Origin: a virus
Length of the DNA: 31,363 nucleotides
IMG/VR virus record: IMGVR_UViG_3300045988_116134
Span: 1 to 31,363 of that record
Reading direction: 5' to 3' (one strand)
A model generated the notes under the pieces. It had not been told where the DNA came from, ran no database searches, and saw only the letters and a list, made by a program, of their open reading frames with translations. Position 1 is the stretch's first letter. The number at the start of each line of letters is the position of its first letter. Shown here one piece after another: positions 15,758-23,485 of this stretch. The position numbers and the translations under genes were made by a program.

Positions 15758-17493
15758 CAGAACATCATTCCAAGATGATATTTTTTAAAATCTTTCCACT
15801 TGTCAACTGCAAGTTCTGCAAGTTCAGCAAGTTCTAAAGCTTTAACAACTTTAGCTTGTGCTACTGCTGAAGTATGTATTTCAAACTTCATAAATTTAAA
15901 AATGTCGGGATTGATATTGATACCGGAGAGGTATCTTGCCAAAAAATTTGGTAATTCTTTTTGCAAAATGAAATATAAATATTTTGAATTTATACCTTTG
16001 GGCTTAATTATTCCGAACTTAGTTTCAAGAGTGGAGCTCTTGCCTAAGTATCTAATAGTTTTATCAGTAGCCGAAAACTGTAAATATAAAGTGCCTTTTG
16101 AATACACTTGATTTTTCTTTACTCTTTCAATTTCTGCAACATCATAAAGTTTCACGACCTCGGAAGGCTCATTTTGTAATTCTTCAGCTATGGCAACCAT
16201 TGACTGATACGCAATCCAATTTTTGTTAACTTCCTCAAGCGGATTTTTATCAAGATAATTCAAAAACGGCATTATACTATTTTGATATTCTTCTTCCAGC
16301 TCCGGTGTAGCAAATTCAAAATCTTGTATCATTTCAGCAATTTCTCTTTCTTGTTTTTGAATTTGCAAATCAATATTTACAAGTTCCTTAACTGTTTCAC
16401 CGATTGGTGGTAAAGGTTCAGGCTCATAATTATCAACATATCTTGGTATATTCAAGTTATAGTCATTTTCGATAATCTGTCGCAAATTTACTAGGCTAGC
16501 AAACTTATTAACAGTTCTTCTGTTACGATAAGTTTCTACTATCCTTTCAATTTGTTCTGAGGTCATTAAATTTTGTTTGCCATTCTTTTTAAAATCTTTG
16601 CTAGCGTCTATAAATAAAATCTTGTTATCTTTTTTTGCTTTATCAAAAACAATAATACAAACCGGTATTTGAGTATTAAGAAATAGCTTGTCCGGCACTC
16701 CGATTATTGCTGATATTAAATTATTATCAACAAGTTTCTTTCTAATTTTCCCTTCAGCTGCACCTCTGAATAACACGCCGTGAGGCAGAATATAGAAGGC
16801 TTTGCCGTTGTCATTTAATCTTGATAAGCCATCTATCACAAAAGCATAGTCGCTTTTTGCTTTTGGCGCTAGCTCATAACCGGTGAACCTTTCGTCTGTA
16901 ACCGGTTTCCAAGAGAGGGAATAAGGTGGGTTAGATATTACGCAACTTACTTTCTGTTCTTCATAGCCACCGGCAACAGTTATATTGCTATATTTTTCGC
17001 CTTGTGCGAGTTTATAAACTTTTTCAACCTTGTTTTCTAGAACATTTTTTTGCAAAACAGTCGCTTTTAAATTTCTAATACACAAATTTAAAAGTAAAAT
17101 TGGTATGCTCATTTGGGAGAGCTCTTCACACTGATAATTTATATTATTATAGTCTGCTGAAACTGTCAGAGCACCGGTACCACTACAAATATCAATAATA
17201 TTTTTCGTTTTTGGCATTAATCTCGAGATTAATGTACACAAGCAGTCGGGTGTGTAGTCTTGTTTCAATGCGTTTCTGTTTGTGTTATTCTCCTGAAAAT
17301 AATCTCTTAAGCAGTCATTCTTATAGTCAAAATCGTATTGAAGTAATTTATCACAGAGCTTGTTTTTTTCACTTTCATTCATCAATTTTGAAAGTAATAC
17401 TTTTGGCAATTCAAAACTTTCATTGATTCCAAAAATTTCGTTGATAATTGCAGTATCAAGTTTCTTTTTCTCTCTAAAATCAAAAACAAACAT
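15754..17493 (-). CDS. N6-adenine DNA methyltransferase (HsdM-like) fused to a single HsdS-like target recognition domain
   Basis: DICSGTGAL (motif I), SNPPYS (motif IV) and an HsdM-type C-terminus (NLNIPRYV). These are followed by a coiled linker and a TRD-like ~150 aa (NSKYLYFILQ...NINPDIF). No nuclease domain is present. Confidence 0.85.
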   Translation of the reverse strand: MFVFDFREKKKLDTAIINEIFGINESFELPKVLLSKLMNESEKNKLCDKLLQYDFDYKNDCLRDYFQENNTNRNALKQDYTPDCLCTLISRLMPKTKNIIDICSGTGALTVSADYNNINYQCEELSQMSIPILLLNLCIRNLKATVLQKNVLENKVEKVYKLAQGEKYSNITVAGGYEEQKVSCVISNPPYSLSWKPVTDERFTGYELAPKAKSDYAFVIDGLSRLNDNGKAFYILPHGVLFRGAAEGKIRKKLVDNNLISAIIGVPDKLFLNTQIPVCIIVFDKAKKDNKILFIDASKDFKKNGKQNLMTSEQIERIVETYRNRRTVNKFASLVNLRQIIENDYNLNIPRYVDNYEPEPLPPIGETVKELVNIDLQIQKQEREIAEMIQDFEFATPELEEEYQNSIMPFLNYLDKNPLEEVNKNWIAYQSMVAIAEELQNEPSEVVKLYDVAEIERVKKNQVYSKGTLYLQFSATDKTIRYLGKSSTLETKFGIIKPKGINSKYLYFILQKELPNFLARYLSGININPDIFKFMKFEIHTSAVAQAKVVKALELAELAELAVDKWKDFKKYHLGMMFC

Positions 17494-17506
17494 CTGTTTT
17501 GCCTCA

Positions 17507-19201
17507 CTAAATTAGGGTCATATATTCATCACGATTATTACACAGAACGGTATAGGCATCTAGCAATGCTGCTGTACCATCAATTCTTCTTGTAGCCTTA
17601 CTAGTTTTAGCCGGCTGAATATTGCCGTTAATATCTTCATCAATAGCGGTGTTAGATAAACACCACTTGTCTATTGGATTATTATTGTAAACAATCAATT
17701 TCTTTTGCAAATCGGCTTTTAGGTTTTTCATAGGGTTTGACAAAGTTTTCTTGCCTTGAATAACCGGCACCATAACATTGCCGAAGGTGTTTTCCATTTC
17801 GTCAACCCAATAGACGGCAGACCAAGAATCATAACCGACTTTGTAGATATATATATCAAGTTCGTTTTGAACTTCCGCAAACCATTTTGTTACACACTTT
17901 GCATTAATTTTATTGCCGGGCGATAATCTCATATAGCCTTTATCTACCCAAATATCATAAGGAATTCTATCTTCCTTTACTTTCTTGTCAAGCAAATCAG
18001 CAGGGATCCAGTACATAGACAAGCAATAAATATGTTCATCGCCTGGAACACAGAAAAGCACTTTGGCTGCTGTAAGGTCGGTAGTACTTGATAAGTCAGC
18101 ACCGCCAATGCCGTACCTTGGCTTTAGTTCTTTAACATCGAATGTTTTCTCATTGTTGAGTTCCTCGAAGGTCAACCAACTTTGTACAGAAGTTTCAGGA
18201 ATGTTGAATTCCTTGCACAAAAGGTTTTTAACAAGTTCGGTCTTGTTCTTTGCTTTATCAACTTTATCTCTTAATGTAGATAATTTTTTGATGGTGCCAA
18301 GTCCAGGATTTGCCTTCTTCCAGCAATTTGGGTTGGTCCATTCCTCGCGTTTGTCTAGTTCGTAGATAACATAAAGGCTGTGTTCGTCTTTAAAACCATT
18401 ATCATCAAACAAACCATTAATAGCATTTTTGGCATCGTCATATATATCATCATATATGTCATTTCTGATGGTTCCGGCGGTAGTAGTAATTAAAACAAGA
18501 GGTTGTTCTCGTCCGGCAGTACCATCTGACATAATGTCGAATAAGGCTCTGCCATTCTTCCACTGGTGAAGTTCGTCCATCAGGCAACAATGCACATTTA
18601 AGCCATCTAAGGTATCACTATCGGATGCCAACGGCTTAAATATTCCACAGTTGTATTCTTCTGAGGAAAGTTCATTATGCAAAGTCTTGATTTTCTCAAG
18701 TAGAAATTCAGACTTGCGGACCATTCGTTTTGCTTCTTGCCAAATTATTTTTGCTTGGTCCTTCTTCGTCGCTACTGCGTACACTTCCGGACCCAGTTCG
18801 CCATCTGCGATTAACATATACAAGCCGACTATTGAGGCTAGTAGAGATTTACCATTTTTCTTAGCGACGATTAAAACAGATAGATTATATTTTCTAAGTC
18901 CGTCAATTCCAACAAAGCCAAATGTAGCAGCTAACCATGCCTTTTCCCATAACTCAAGTTTGACAAGTTGACCACCAAATTTACCCTTAGAATTTCTACA
19001 AAAATTTTCAGCAAATTCTAAAATATGATTGGCTTTTTTGTTGCTATAAAAATACTCGCCAGGGTGTTCAACATCCCAAGCGAGTTTCTTATATACTGTT
19101 CTGACTTTCTCTGATACGACTTCTTCTCCGCTCTCAATTTTGGCCCAGTATTCTAAAATTGGGTTATAATTTAGAGGGTATTTTTTAAATTTTTGACTCA
19201 T
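17507..19201 (-). CDS. terL: Terminase large subunit (Terminase_1 family)
   Basis: VAKKNGKS Walker A-like motif, LMDELH, a C-terminal nuclease region, and the expected position. Confidence 0.92.
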   Translation of the reverse strand: MSQKFKKYPLNYNPILEYWAKIESGEEVVSEKVRTVYKKLAWDVEHPGEYFYSNKKANHILEFAENFCRNSKGKFGGQLVKLELWEKAWLAATFGFVGIDGLRKYNLSVLIVAKKNGKSLLASIVGLYMLIADGELGPEVYAVATKKDQAKIIWQEAKRMVRKSEFLLEKIKTLHNELSSEEYNCGIFKPLASDSDTLDGLNVHCCLMDELHQWKNGRALFDIMSDGTAGREQPLVLITTTAGTIRNDIYDDIYDDAKNAINGLFDDNGFKDEHSLYVIYELDKREEWTNPNCWKKANPGLGTIKKLSTLRDKVDKAKNKTELVKNLLCKEFNIPETSVQSWLTFEELNNEKTFDVKELKPRYGIGGADLSSTTDLTAAKVLFCVPGDEHIYCLSMYWIPADLLDKKVKEDRIPYDIWVDKGYMRLSPGNKINAKCVTKWFAEVQNELDIYIYKVGYDSWSAVYWVDEMENTFGNVMVPVIQGKKTLSNPMKNLKADLQKKLIVYNNNPIDKWCLSNTAIDEDINGNIQPAKTSKATRRIDGTAALLDAYTVLCNNRDEYMTLI

Positions 19202-19581
19202 ATTTCATCACGAGAATTTACGAAATCGTCCAAAAAATCAATTTTTTCTGTTGGTTTTTCAACTGCCTTTGGTAACATATCATCTAGTTGTTTGATGAAT
19301 TTTAGGTAGTTGCCGGTCATGGTATTGTACAAATCTGCTTCCGGTCTGCGTCTAGAATAAGGAGTTTGATTTTCGGATTGGCTGAACATTTCCGTTGTAC
19401 CATTTTCTTTCAAATCTTCGGCAAGATATTTCAGTGTTATTCGAGTGAAAGCGGCATTTTCGATTAGTCCCGGAAGTAGGTCTTTTCGCTTGATATCGAT
19501 ATCTCTGTAAACTTCTTCAAGTCGCTTTATTTCTTTTTTGATCTCCCTTTGTTTTTTCTTAGTTAGATCAACTTCTGCCAT
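19198..19581 (-). CDS. terS: Terminase small subunit, P27 family
   Basis: 127 aa, overlaps the terL start, and has an HNH gene just upstream. The sequence pattern is LIENAAF...YLKFIKQL. Confidence 0.8.
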   Translation of the reverse strand: MAEVDLTKKKQREIKKEIKRLEEVYRDIDIKRKDLLPGLIENAAFTRITLKYLAEDLKENGTTEMFSQSENQTPYSRRRPEADLYNTMTGNYLKFIKQLDDMLPKAVEKPTEKIDFLDDFVNSRDEI

Positions 19582-19606
19582 ATCTGCTCAACTCCTTTCT
19601 GAAAAA

Positions 19607-19655
19607 GGGGAGGGGGGTCATACGCACGACCTGCGTCTTTTATCGAGCCCCTCCC
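19607..19655 (-). other. GC-rich nested hairpin followed by C+T5 on the minus strand, directly upstream of the terS SD
   Basis: GGGAGGGG pairs with CCCCTCCC (8 GC-only bp). An inner ACGCA/TGCGT stem sits in the loop. This is the only strongly GC-rich island in an AT-rich intergenic region. Confidence 0.6.
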
Positions 19656-19687
19656 TCGGTTCCACAATGGTAAATTTTGGTAAAAAA

Positions 19688-19996
19688 TTAAGGGGGGACT
19701 ATGAAATTTCCCTCCTTATCGAAAAAATATTTTCTTTCTTCTCTTTGAAAAACATTATGCAACTTGTCGTGACATTCTTTGCAAACCCATTCGAGGTTGT
19801 TCTCATTCAATGTCACATTTGGGTTGTTGATGTTCTCAGGTGTTAGGTGTTCTTTGTGGTGAACTATATAACCAAGCTGTTCTTTACATTCTTGACACAA
19901 GCCACCATCTTCCAACATTCTGTTTTGAATGAATGTGTCTCTACATTTCTTCCATCTTGATGATGAATAAAATGCCTTTGCAAATTCTTTAGCCAT
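19688..19996 (-). CDS. HNH endonuclease (packaging-associated)
   Basis: CQEC...HHKEHL...N...CKECHDKLH. The ATG at 19996 follows an AGAGGTG SD. The gene is adjacent to the P27 TerS. Confidence 0.88.
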   Translation of the reverse strand: MAKEFAKAFYSSSRWKKCRDTFIQNRMLEDGGLCQECKEQLGYIVHHKEHLTPENINNPNVTLNENNLEWVCKECHDKLHNVFQREERKYFFDKEGNFIVPP

Positions 19997-20123
19997 TTGC
20001 AACACCTCTTGCCATGACGGTTTAGGTGTGACCTCAAACCAGCCTAAAGGCCACACCCTATTGAGTCAACTATTAAGAAAACTATGAGTTGAAATCAATC
20101 AGTAGGCTTACTACCTTTTGATC

Positions 20124-20146
20124 TCATTATGATAATATCATAATGA
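20124..20146. promoter_or_regulatory. Perfect 23-bp palindrome TCATTATGATA-A-TATCATAATGA
   Basis: Two 11-bp arms with no mismatch, in the intergenic region upstream of the HNH/terS late genes. Confidence 0.6.
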
Positions 20147-20148
20147 AA

Positions 20149-20172
20149 TAGAACTTGTAGAACAAATAGAAC
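20149..20172. repeat. Three TAGAAC direct repeats with 9-bp periodicity
   Basis: TAGAAC occurs at 20149, 20158 and 20167, immediately next to the palindrome. Confidence 0.55.
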
Positions 20173-20175
20173 ATA

Positions 20176-20601
20176 TTAAAAATATTTAATAGTTCTTTGT
20201 ACCTTCATTCTCAAAGCTGCCTCACTACGATTGCTACTATAGTTTCCTAGCTGCTGATGAATTTCTTTCCAACTTTCGCCTTTCTTGATGTAATGTCTTA
20301 CTGCATATCTTACTGTACTATCTTCAATGTTATCAATTAATTTATCAATCAACGTTAGTGTGTCAATTATTGTCGTTATCTTGCTATCAATTAATGCTAG
20401 TTTGTGTCTATCTGCTGATGTTAGTTTATGACCCTCAATTTCAACCGGTACAGACAGATACGGATATTCTGTCGATGAGCCTTTGACAGTGTCAGTGATA
20501 GTCTTATTTTCAATCTCTTCTTTCTCATCTTCTAAGTCTAGCTTTTCTGCTTTTAGTCCCGGATATTTGTTCTTAAGTGTTCTGAGTTCTGCAAGTGTCA
20601 T
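20176..20601 (-). CDS. Putative late-gene transcriptional activator (ArpU/RinA-like, sigma region-4-type C-terminus)
   Basis: Position just upstream of HNH-terS. The C-terminus VRHYIKKGESWKEIHQQLG..S..AALRMKVQR looks like a region-4 HTH. There is a strong AAAGGAG SD. Confidence 0.4.
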   Translation of the reverse strand: MTLAELRTLKNKYPGLKAEKLDLEDEKEEIENKTITDTVKGSSTEYPYLSVPVEIEGHKLTSADRHKLALIDSKITTIIDTLTLIDKLIDNIEDSTVRYAVRHYIKKGESWKEIHQQLGNYSSNRSEAALRMKVQRTIKYF

Positions 20602-20627
20602 AATTTTCTCCTTTACCGCTGTACCAA

Positions 20628-20882
20628 TTATTTAATCTTACCTAGATACTTCTGACCTTTCCACTGTCCATAAGTCAGTCTAGTATCGTTCTGATGGTTA
20701 TACATTTTCAGTCGATGTACTTCCACACAAAGATGGTCTTTAAAGTTACTTTTCTTGTTTCTCTGTTTAGCCAAATGTGGATATGTTAATTCTCTGCACT
20801 TGTCACACATTCTGTTCTTACTGTTTCTAGCGGTGAAGATGTCACCACAAAGCATACATTCTTTCTTGATTCTTTCACTCAT
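20628..20882 (-). CDS. Small zinc-ribbon-like protein
   Basis: CMLCGD...CDKC. The ATG at 20882 follows an AAAGGAG SD. Confidence 0.55.
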   Translation of the reverse strand: MSERIKKECMLCGDIFTARNSKNRMCDKCRELTYPHLAKQRNKKSNFKDHLCVEVHRLKMYNHQNDTRLTYGQWKGQKYLGKIK

Positions 20883-20919
20883 TTTGACTGCTCCTTTTTT
20901 TGCGTTCAACCGCAAAACG

Positions 20920-21168
20920 CTATTTCTGTACTTGTGTTCTTGCAAGTACGATATATTTTTCTATCTCTTCTCTTGCTTCAGCAAAACCACGACAGACTAC
21001 GCAGTAGTAGCCTTGATTTGCTAGTTCAGTTAACCATTTGTTTTGCAAATCGGTAGTTTTGTTCTTACCCCATTTCATTTCGATATACAGCCCGAAAAAG
21101 CCCCCTCTAGCCACCGGTAGAAATAAATCAGGCACACCAGGCTTAACACCTTCACATTTTAGATTCAT
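20920..21168 (-). CDS. VRR-NUC (PD-(D/E)xK) nuclease domain protein, apparently N-terminally disrupted
   Basis: GVKPGVPDLFLP...GLYIEMKWG...NQGYYCVVCRG matches the VRR-NUC core. It has a poor SD, while an 18-codon stub with a good SD lies upstream at 21173..21229. Confidence 0.6.
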   Translation of the reverse strand: MNLKCEGVKPGVPDLFLPVARGGFFGLYIEMKWGKNKTTDLQNKWLTELANQGYYCVVCRGFAEAREEIEKYIVLARTQVQK

Positions 21169-21247
21169 AGCCTCAAGTTTGTTTCTGCTGTTCTGCCTCT
21201 GTTGAGGCTATTCCTTTATATTTTGTCATTCTCAAATTCCTTTCTTC

Positions 21248-21475
21248 TTACCAATTTTCTACTATGCTGTAAATTCCACAACAGTTAAAAGTTTTGCAGT
21301 ACCACTCACAACTTTCCTTGATACATTCTTTCTTCAAGATCGGACAAATTTTCCCTTGCTTTTTTACTAATGTGTGTTTTACTTCTGTCTCTTCGTTTTC
21401 AAGAGCACAAATATTCAATTTACATTCAGTGCCGGACCTTGACACACACTTTAAATTTGGAAATTTACATTTCAT
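21248..21475 (-). CDS. Cysteine-rich small protein (75 aa, 11 Cys)
   Basis: ATGA overlap with the Rep stop. I recognise no family. Confidence 0.5.
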   Translation of the reverse strand: MKCKFPNLKCVSRSGTECKLNICALENEETEVKHTLVKKQGKICPILKKECIKESCEWYCKTFNCCGIYSIVENW

Positions 21476-22215
21476 TGTTTTAGCCTTCCTTTTTCGTAAA
21501 ATATTGATGAATTAAAAAAAGTAAATGAATAACTACAAGCCCAACTATCGTCTAACGGACAGTAATCAGATACAAGCGTATAGCCTTTTTGAGGTACATC
21601 AACAATTTCGCCTTTTTCGAGCTTTGCAAATCGCCTTTTCCCACATTTTACAACCTTGATTTCCGGCTTGGTGAGATTTCTGCTTGTCATTAATCGCTTA
21701 GAACCTTGTATATCTTTGCGTATGTATTCAGCCAGCTTGAAAAATTGACCATCTTCGTAAAGTGGTTGAAGATTAATGCCATTTTTCCATTTCCACTGTT
21801 CACGAGCGATTTTGACTATCTCAGCAGATAAGATAATGTGCAAGTGCCAGTTTTTCCCACGCACGCCACACTCAATAAAGCCTATGTACTTGACCTCTAA
21901 GCCGTTTTTCTTTGCGTGGTACTTAGTGCGGTTTATAAACTTGTTGACTTCTTTCCTAAATTCACTTTCGGTGAAAGTTTCGGTTGGAGCGGACAAACGC
22001 ACAAAGTAATCACCAGCTGAGAAGTTGCAACAGATAAGTCTCTGAGTGTTCTTAATTGCTCTTATCTTATTTGCTTTCTGTTGCTGTTCTTTGGTTTTGC
22101 AAATATTCTTGCCTCTTGCAACATTCTTTTTGTTGCGAGGCTTCAAACTTTTAATGTATTCAATTTCAGCCAAGTATCCGCTTTTGACAGTTCTCTTATA
22201 GTAATACATTTCCAA
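21472..22215 (-). CDS. HUH-superfamily rolling-circle replication initiator
   Basis: YFVRLS (motif 1-like), WHLHIIL (HUH) and LAEYIRKD (YxxK catalytic Tyr) occur in the canonical order. Confidence 0.65.
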   Translation of the reverse strand: MEMYYYKRTVKSGYLAEIEYIKSLKPRNKKNVARGKNICKTKEQQQKANKIRAIKNTQRLICCNFSAGDYFVRLSAPTETFTESEFRKEVNKFINRTKYHAKKNGLEVKYIGFIECGVRGKNWHLHIILSAEIVKIAREQWKWKNGINLQPLYEDGQFFKLAEYIRKDIQGSKRLMTSRNLTKPEIKVVKCGKRRFAKLEKGEIVDVPQKGYTLVSDYCPLDDSWACSYSFTFFNSSIFYEKGRLKQ

Positions 22216-22223
22216 TTCCTTTT

Positions 22224-22241
22224 ACTTTTTTATTTTTGAGT
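22224..22241 (-). promoter_or_regulatory. 18-mer ACTCAAAAATAAAAAAGT (sense to the minus strand) upstream of Rep
   Basis: Identical to 25873..25890 and a 17/18 match to 29817..29834. A related variant occurs in both moron leaders. Confidence 0.5.
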
Positions 22242-22254
22242 TTTTATATATTTT

Positions 22255-22306
22255 CCTCGCTTAATTAATTACTTAAGCGGGAGGTACAAGGGCATTTCAG
22301 CCCTTG
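22255..22306. promoter_or_regulatory. Two adjacent hairpins upstream of Rep (candidate replication origin)
   Basis: CCTCGCTTAA/TTAAGCGGGAGG (with a 2-nt bulge) and CAAGGGC-atttca-GCCCTTG. Confidence 0.4.
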
Positions 22307-22323
22307 CGTTTTTTCTTAAAATC

Positions 22324-22527
22324 CTATTTGCTTTGTTTTGCTTCCGCTCCGCAGTTTGGACAATAATTGCCTGTTTTGTATCCGTTTCCTGTTCTAACTG
22401 CAAATACTTTGTATCCGCAGTTAGAACATTTAAAATAAATGCCAACTCTTGTTATTCTTTCACACTCAAGGTGATACCCAACTTTTTCCCAAGTTGCTAC
22501 TTTTTTCACTTCGTCAAGCCTCCGCAA
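22324..22527 (-). CDS. Zinc-ribbon protein, 67 aa
   Basis: CSNCGY...CPNCG. Confidence 0.55.
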   Translation of the reverse strand: MRRLDEVKKVATWEKVGYHLECERITRVGIYFKCSNCGYKVFAVRTGNGYKTGNYCPNCGAEAKQSK

Positions 22528-23485
22528 TTTTTTGAATTAAATCACTTTTTGCAAATAGCAAGTTCGCAATAGCGATAGCTAACTTCTTCCTTGTCTGTTC
22601 ATCAGCAACTAAAGCAATTAAACTCTCAATCTTTGCGATTGTTGTTTGTAGATTGTCAAACTGTATCTTTAAATTAATAAGATTTTCGTCAATTGTAGAA
22701 GTTGACTTCTTAGAAGATTGTTCAAGTTCAGCAATCTTGTTTTCGTATTCTTGCTGATTCTGCAACATTTCTTGCTTTAACTTTAGCGCCAGTTCTTTGT
22801 TCTGCTTTAGTTCCTTTGCAGTTGACTGCAAATCTTCTTCGTGCTTTTCACGCTCAGCAGTTAAAGCCTTGTCGATTTCTGCTGAGAGCTTCTCAGCTAC
22901 TGCATCATCAATCGCAGTAGCTGACTTTTCTCTCTGCTGTACTAATTCAGTTTCTAACTGCTTGTTCTTATTTTCTAAGTTCGCAACAAGTTCACTGTTC
23001 TTCTTGCTATCCACTTTAGCTTGTTTGAGCTCTTCTGCTTGTTGTTCAAAGTTGAAAGAGAGTTGCTCACCTCGTCCCTGGAGCCTCTTAACTTCTTCTT
23101 TAAGTTCTCTGACTGTCATATCCTCAGCAGATTCAGTAATTTCTTCTCTGTCAAGTGCCGAAACTTGACTTATTAATTCAAGCTTGGTGATGCCTAAACT
23201 TTCGTTAGCCTCAATAAACTTGTTACCAAGTTTTTCATATGTACTGATGTAGGCGTAAGCCTGACGGCTCTTAATTCCTGCTTTTTCTTCTGTATATTGT
23301 TCAAAAGTAGAACAACCCAGTGAAAGATAAAGTTTTTCATCTCTCATTGTCTTTAGATTTTGACAAACATTAACTAATGCAGTTGCTAGCATTCTCTGAT
23401 TAAGCATTATGCTTGCGTGCAAGGCATTTGCTCTTTCTTCCTTTGTTTCTGCCAATGTGGCAGTGGTGTTAATTAATTCATTCAT
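22514..23485 (-). CDS. Putative DNA-binding protein with a long coiled coil
   Basis: N-terminus MRDEKLYLSLGCSTFEQYTEEKAGIKSRQAYAYI is HTH-like. The C-terminal ~200 aa are E/K/Q-rich coiled coil. Confidence 0.5.
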   Translation of the reverse strand: MNELINTTATLAETKEERANALHASIMLNQRMLATALVNVCQNLKTMRDEKLYLSLGCSTFEQYTEEKAGIKSRQAYAYISTYEKLGNKFIEANESLGITKLELISQVSALDREEITESAEDMTVRELKEEVKRLQGRGEQLSFNFEQQAEELKQAKVDSKKNSELVANLENKNKQLETELVQQREKSATAIDDAVAEKLSAEIDKALTAEREKHEEDLQSTAKELKQNKELALKLKQEMLQNQQEYENKIAELEQSSKKSTSTIDENLINLKIQFDNLQTTIAKIESLIALVADEQTRKKLAIAIANLLFAKSDLIQKIAEA

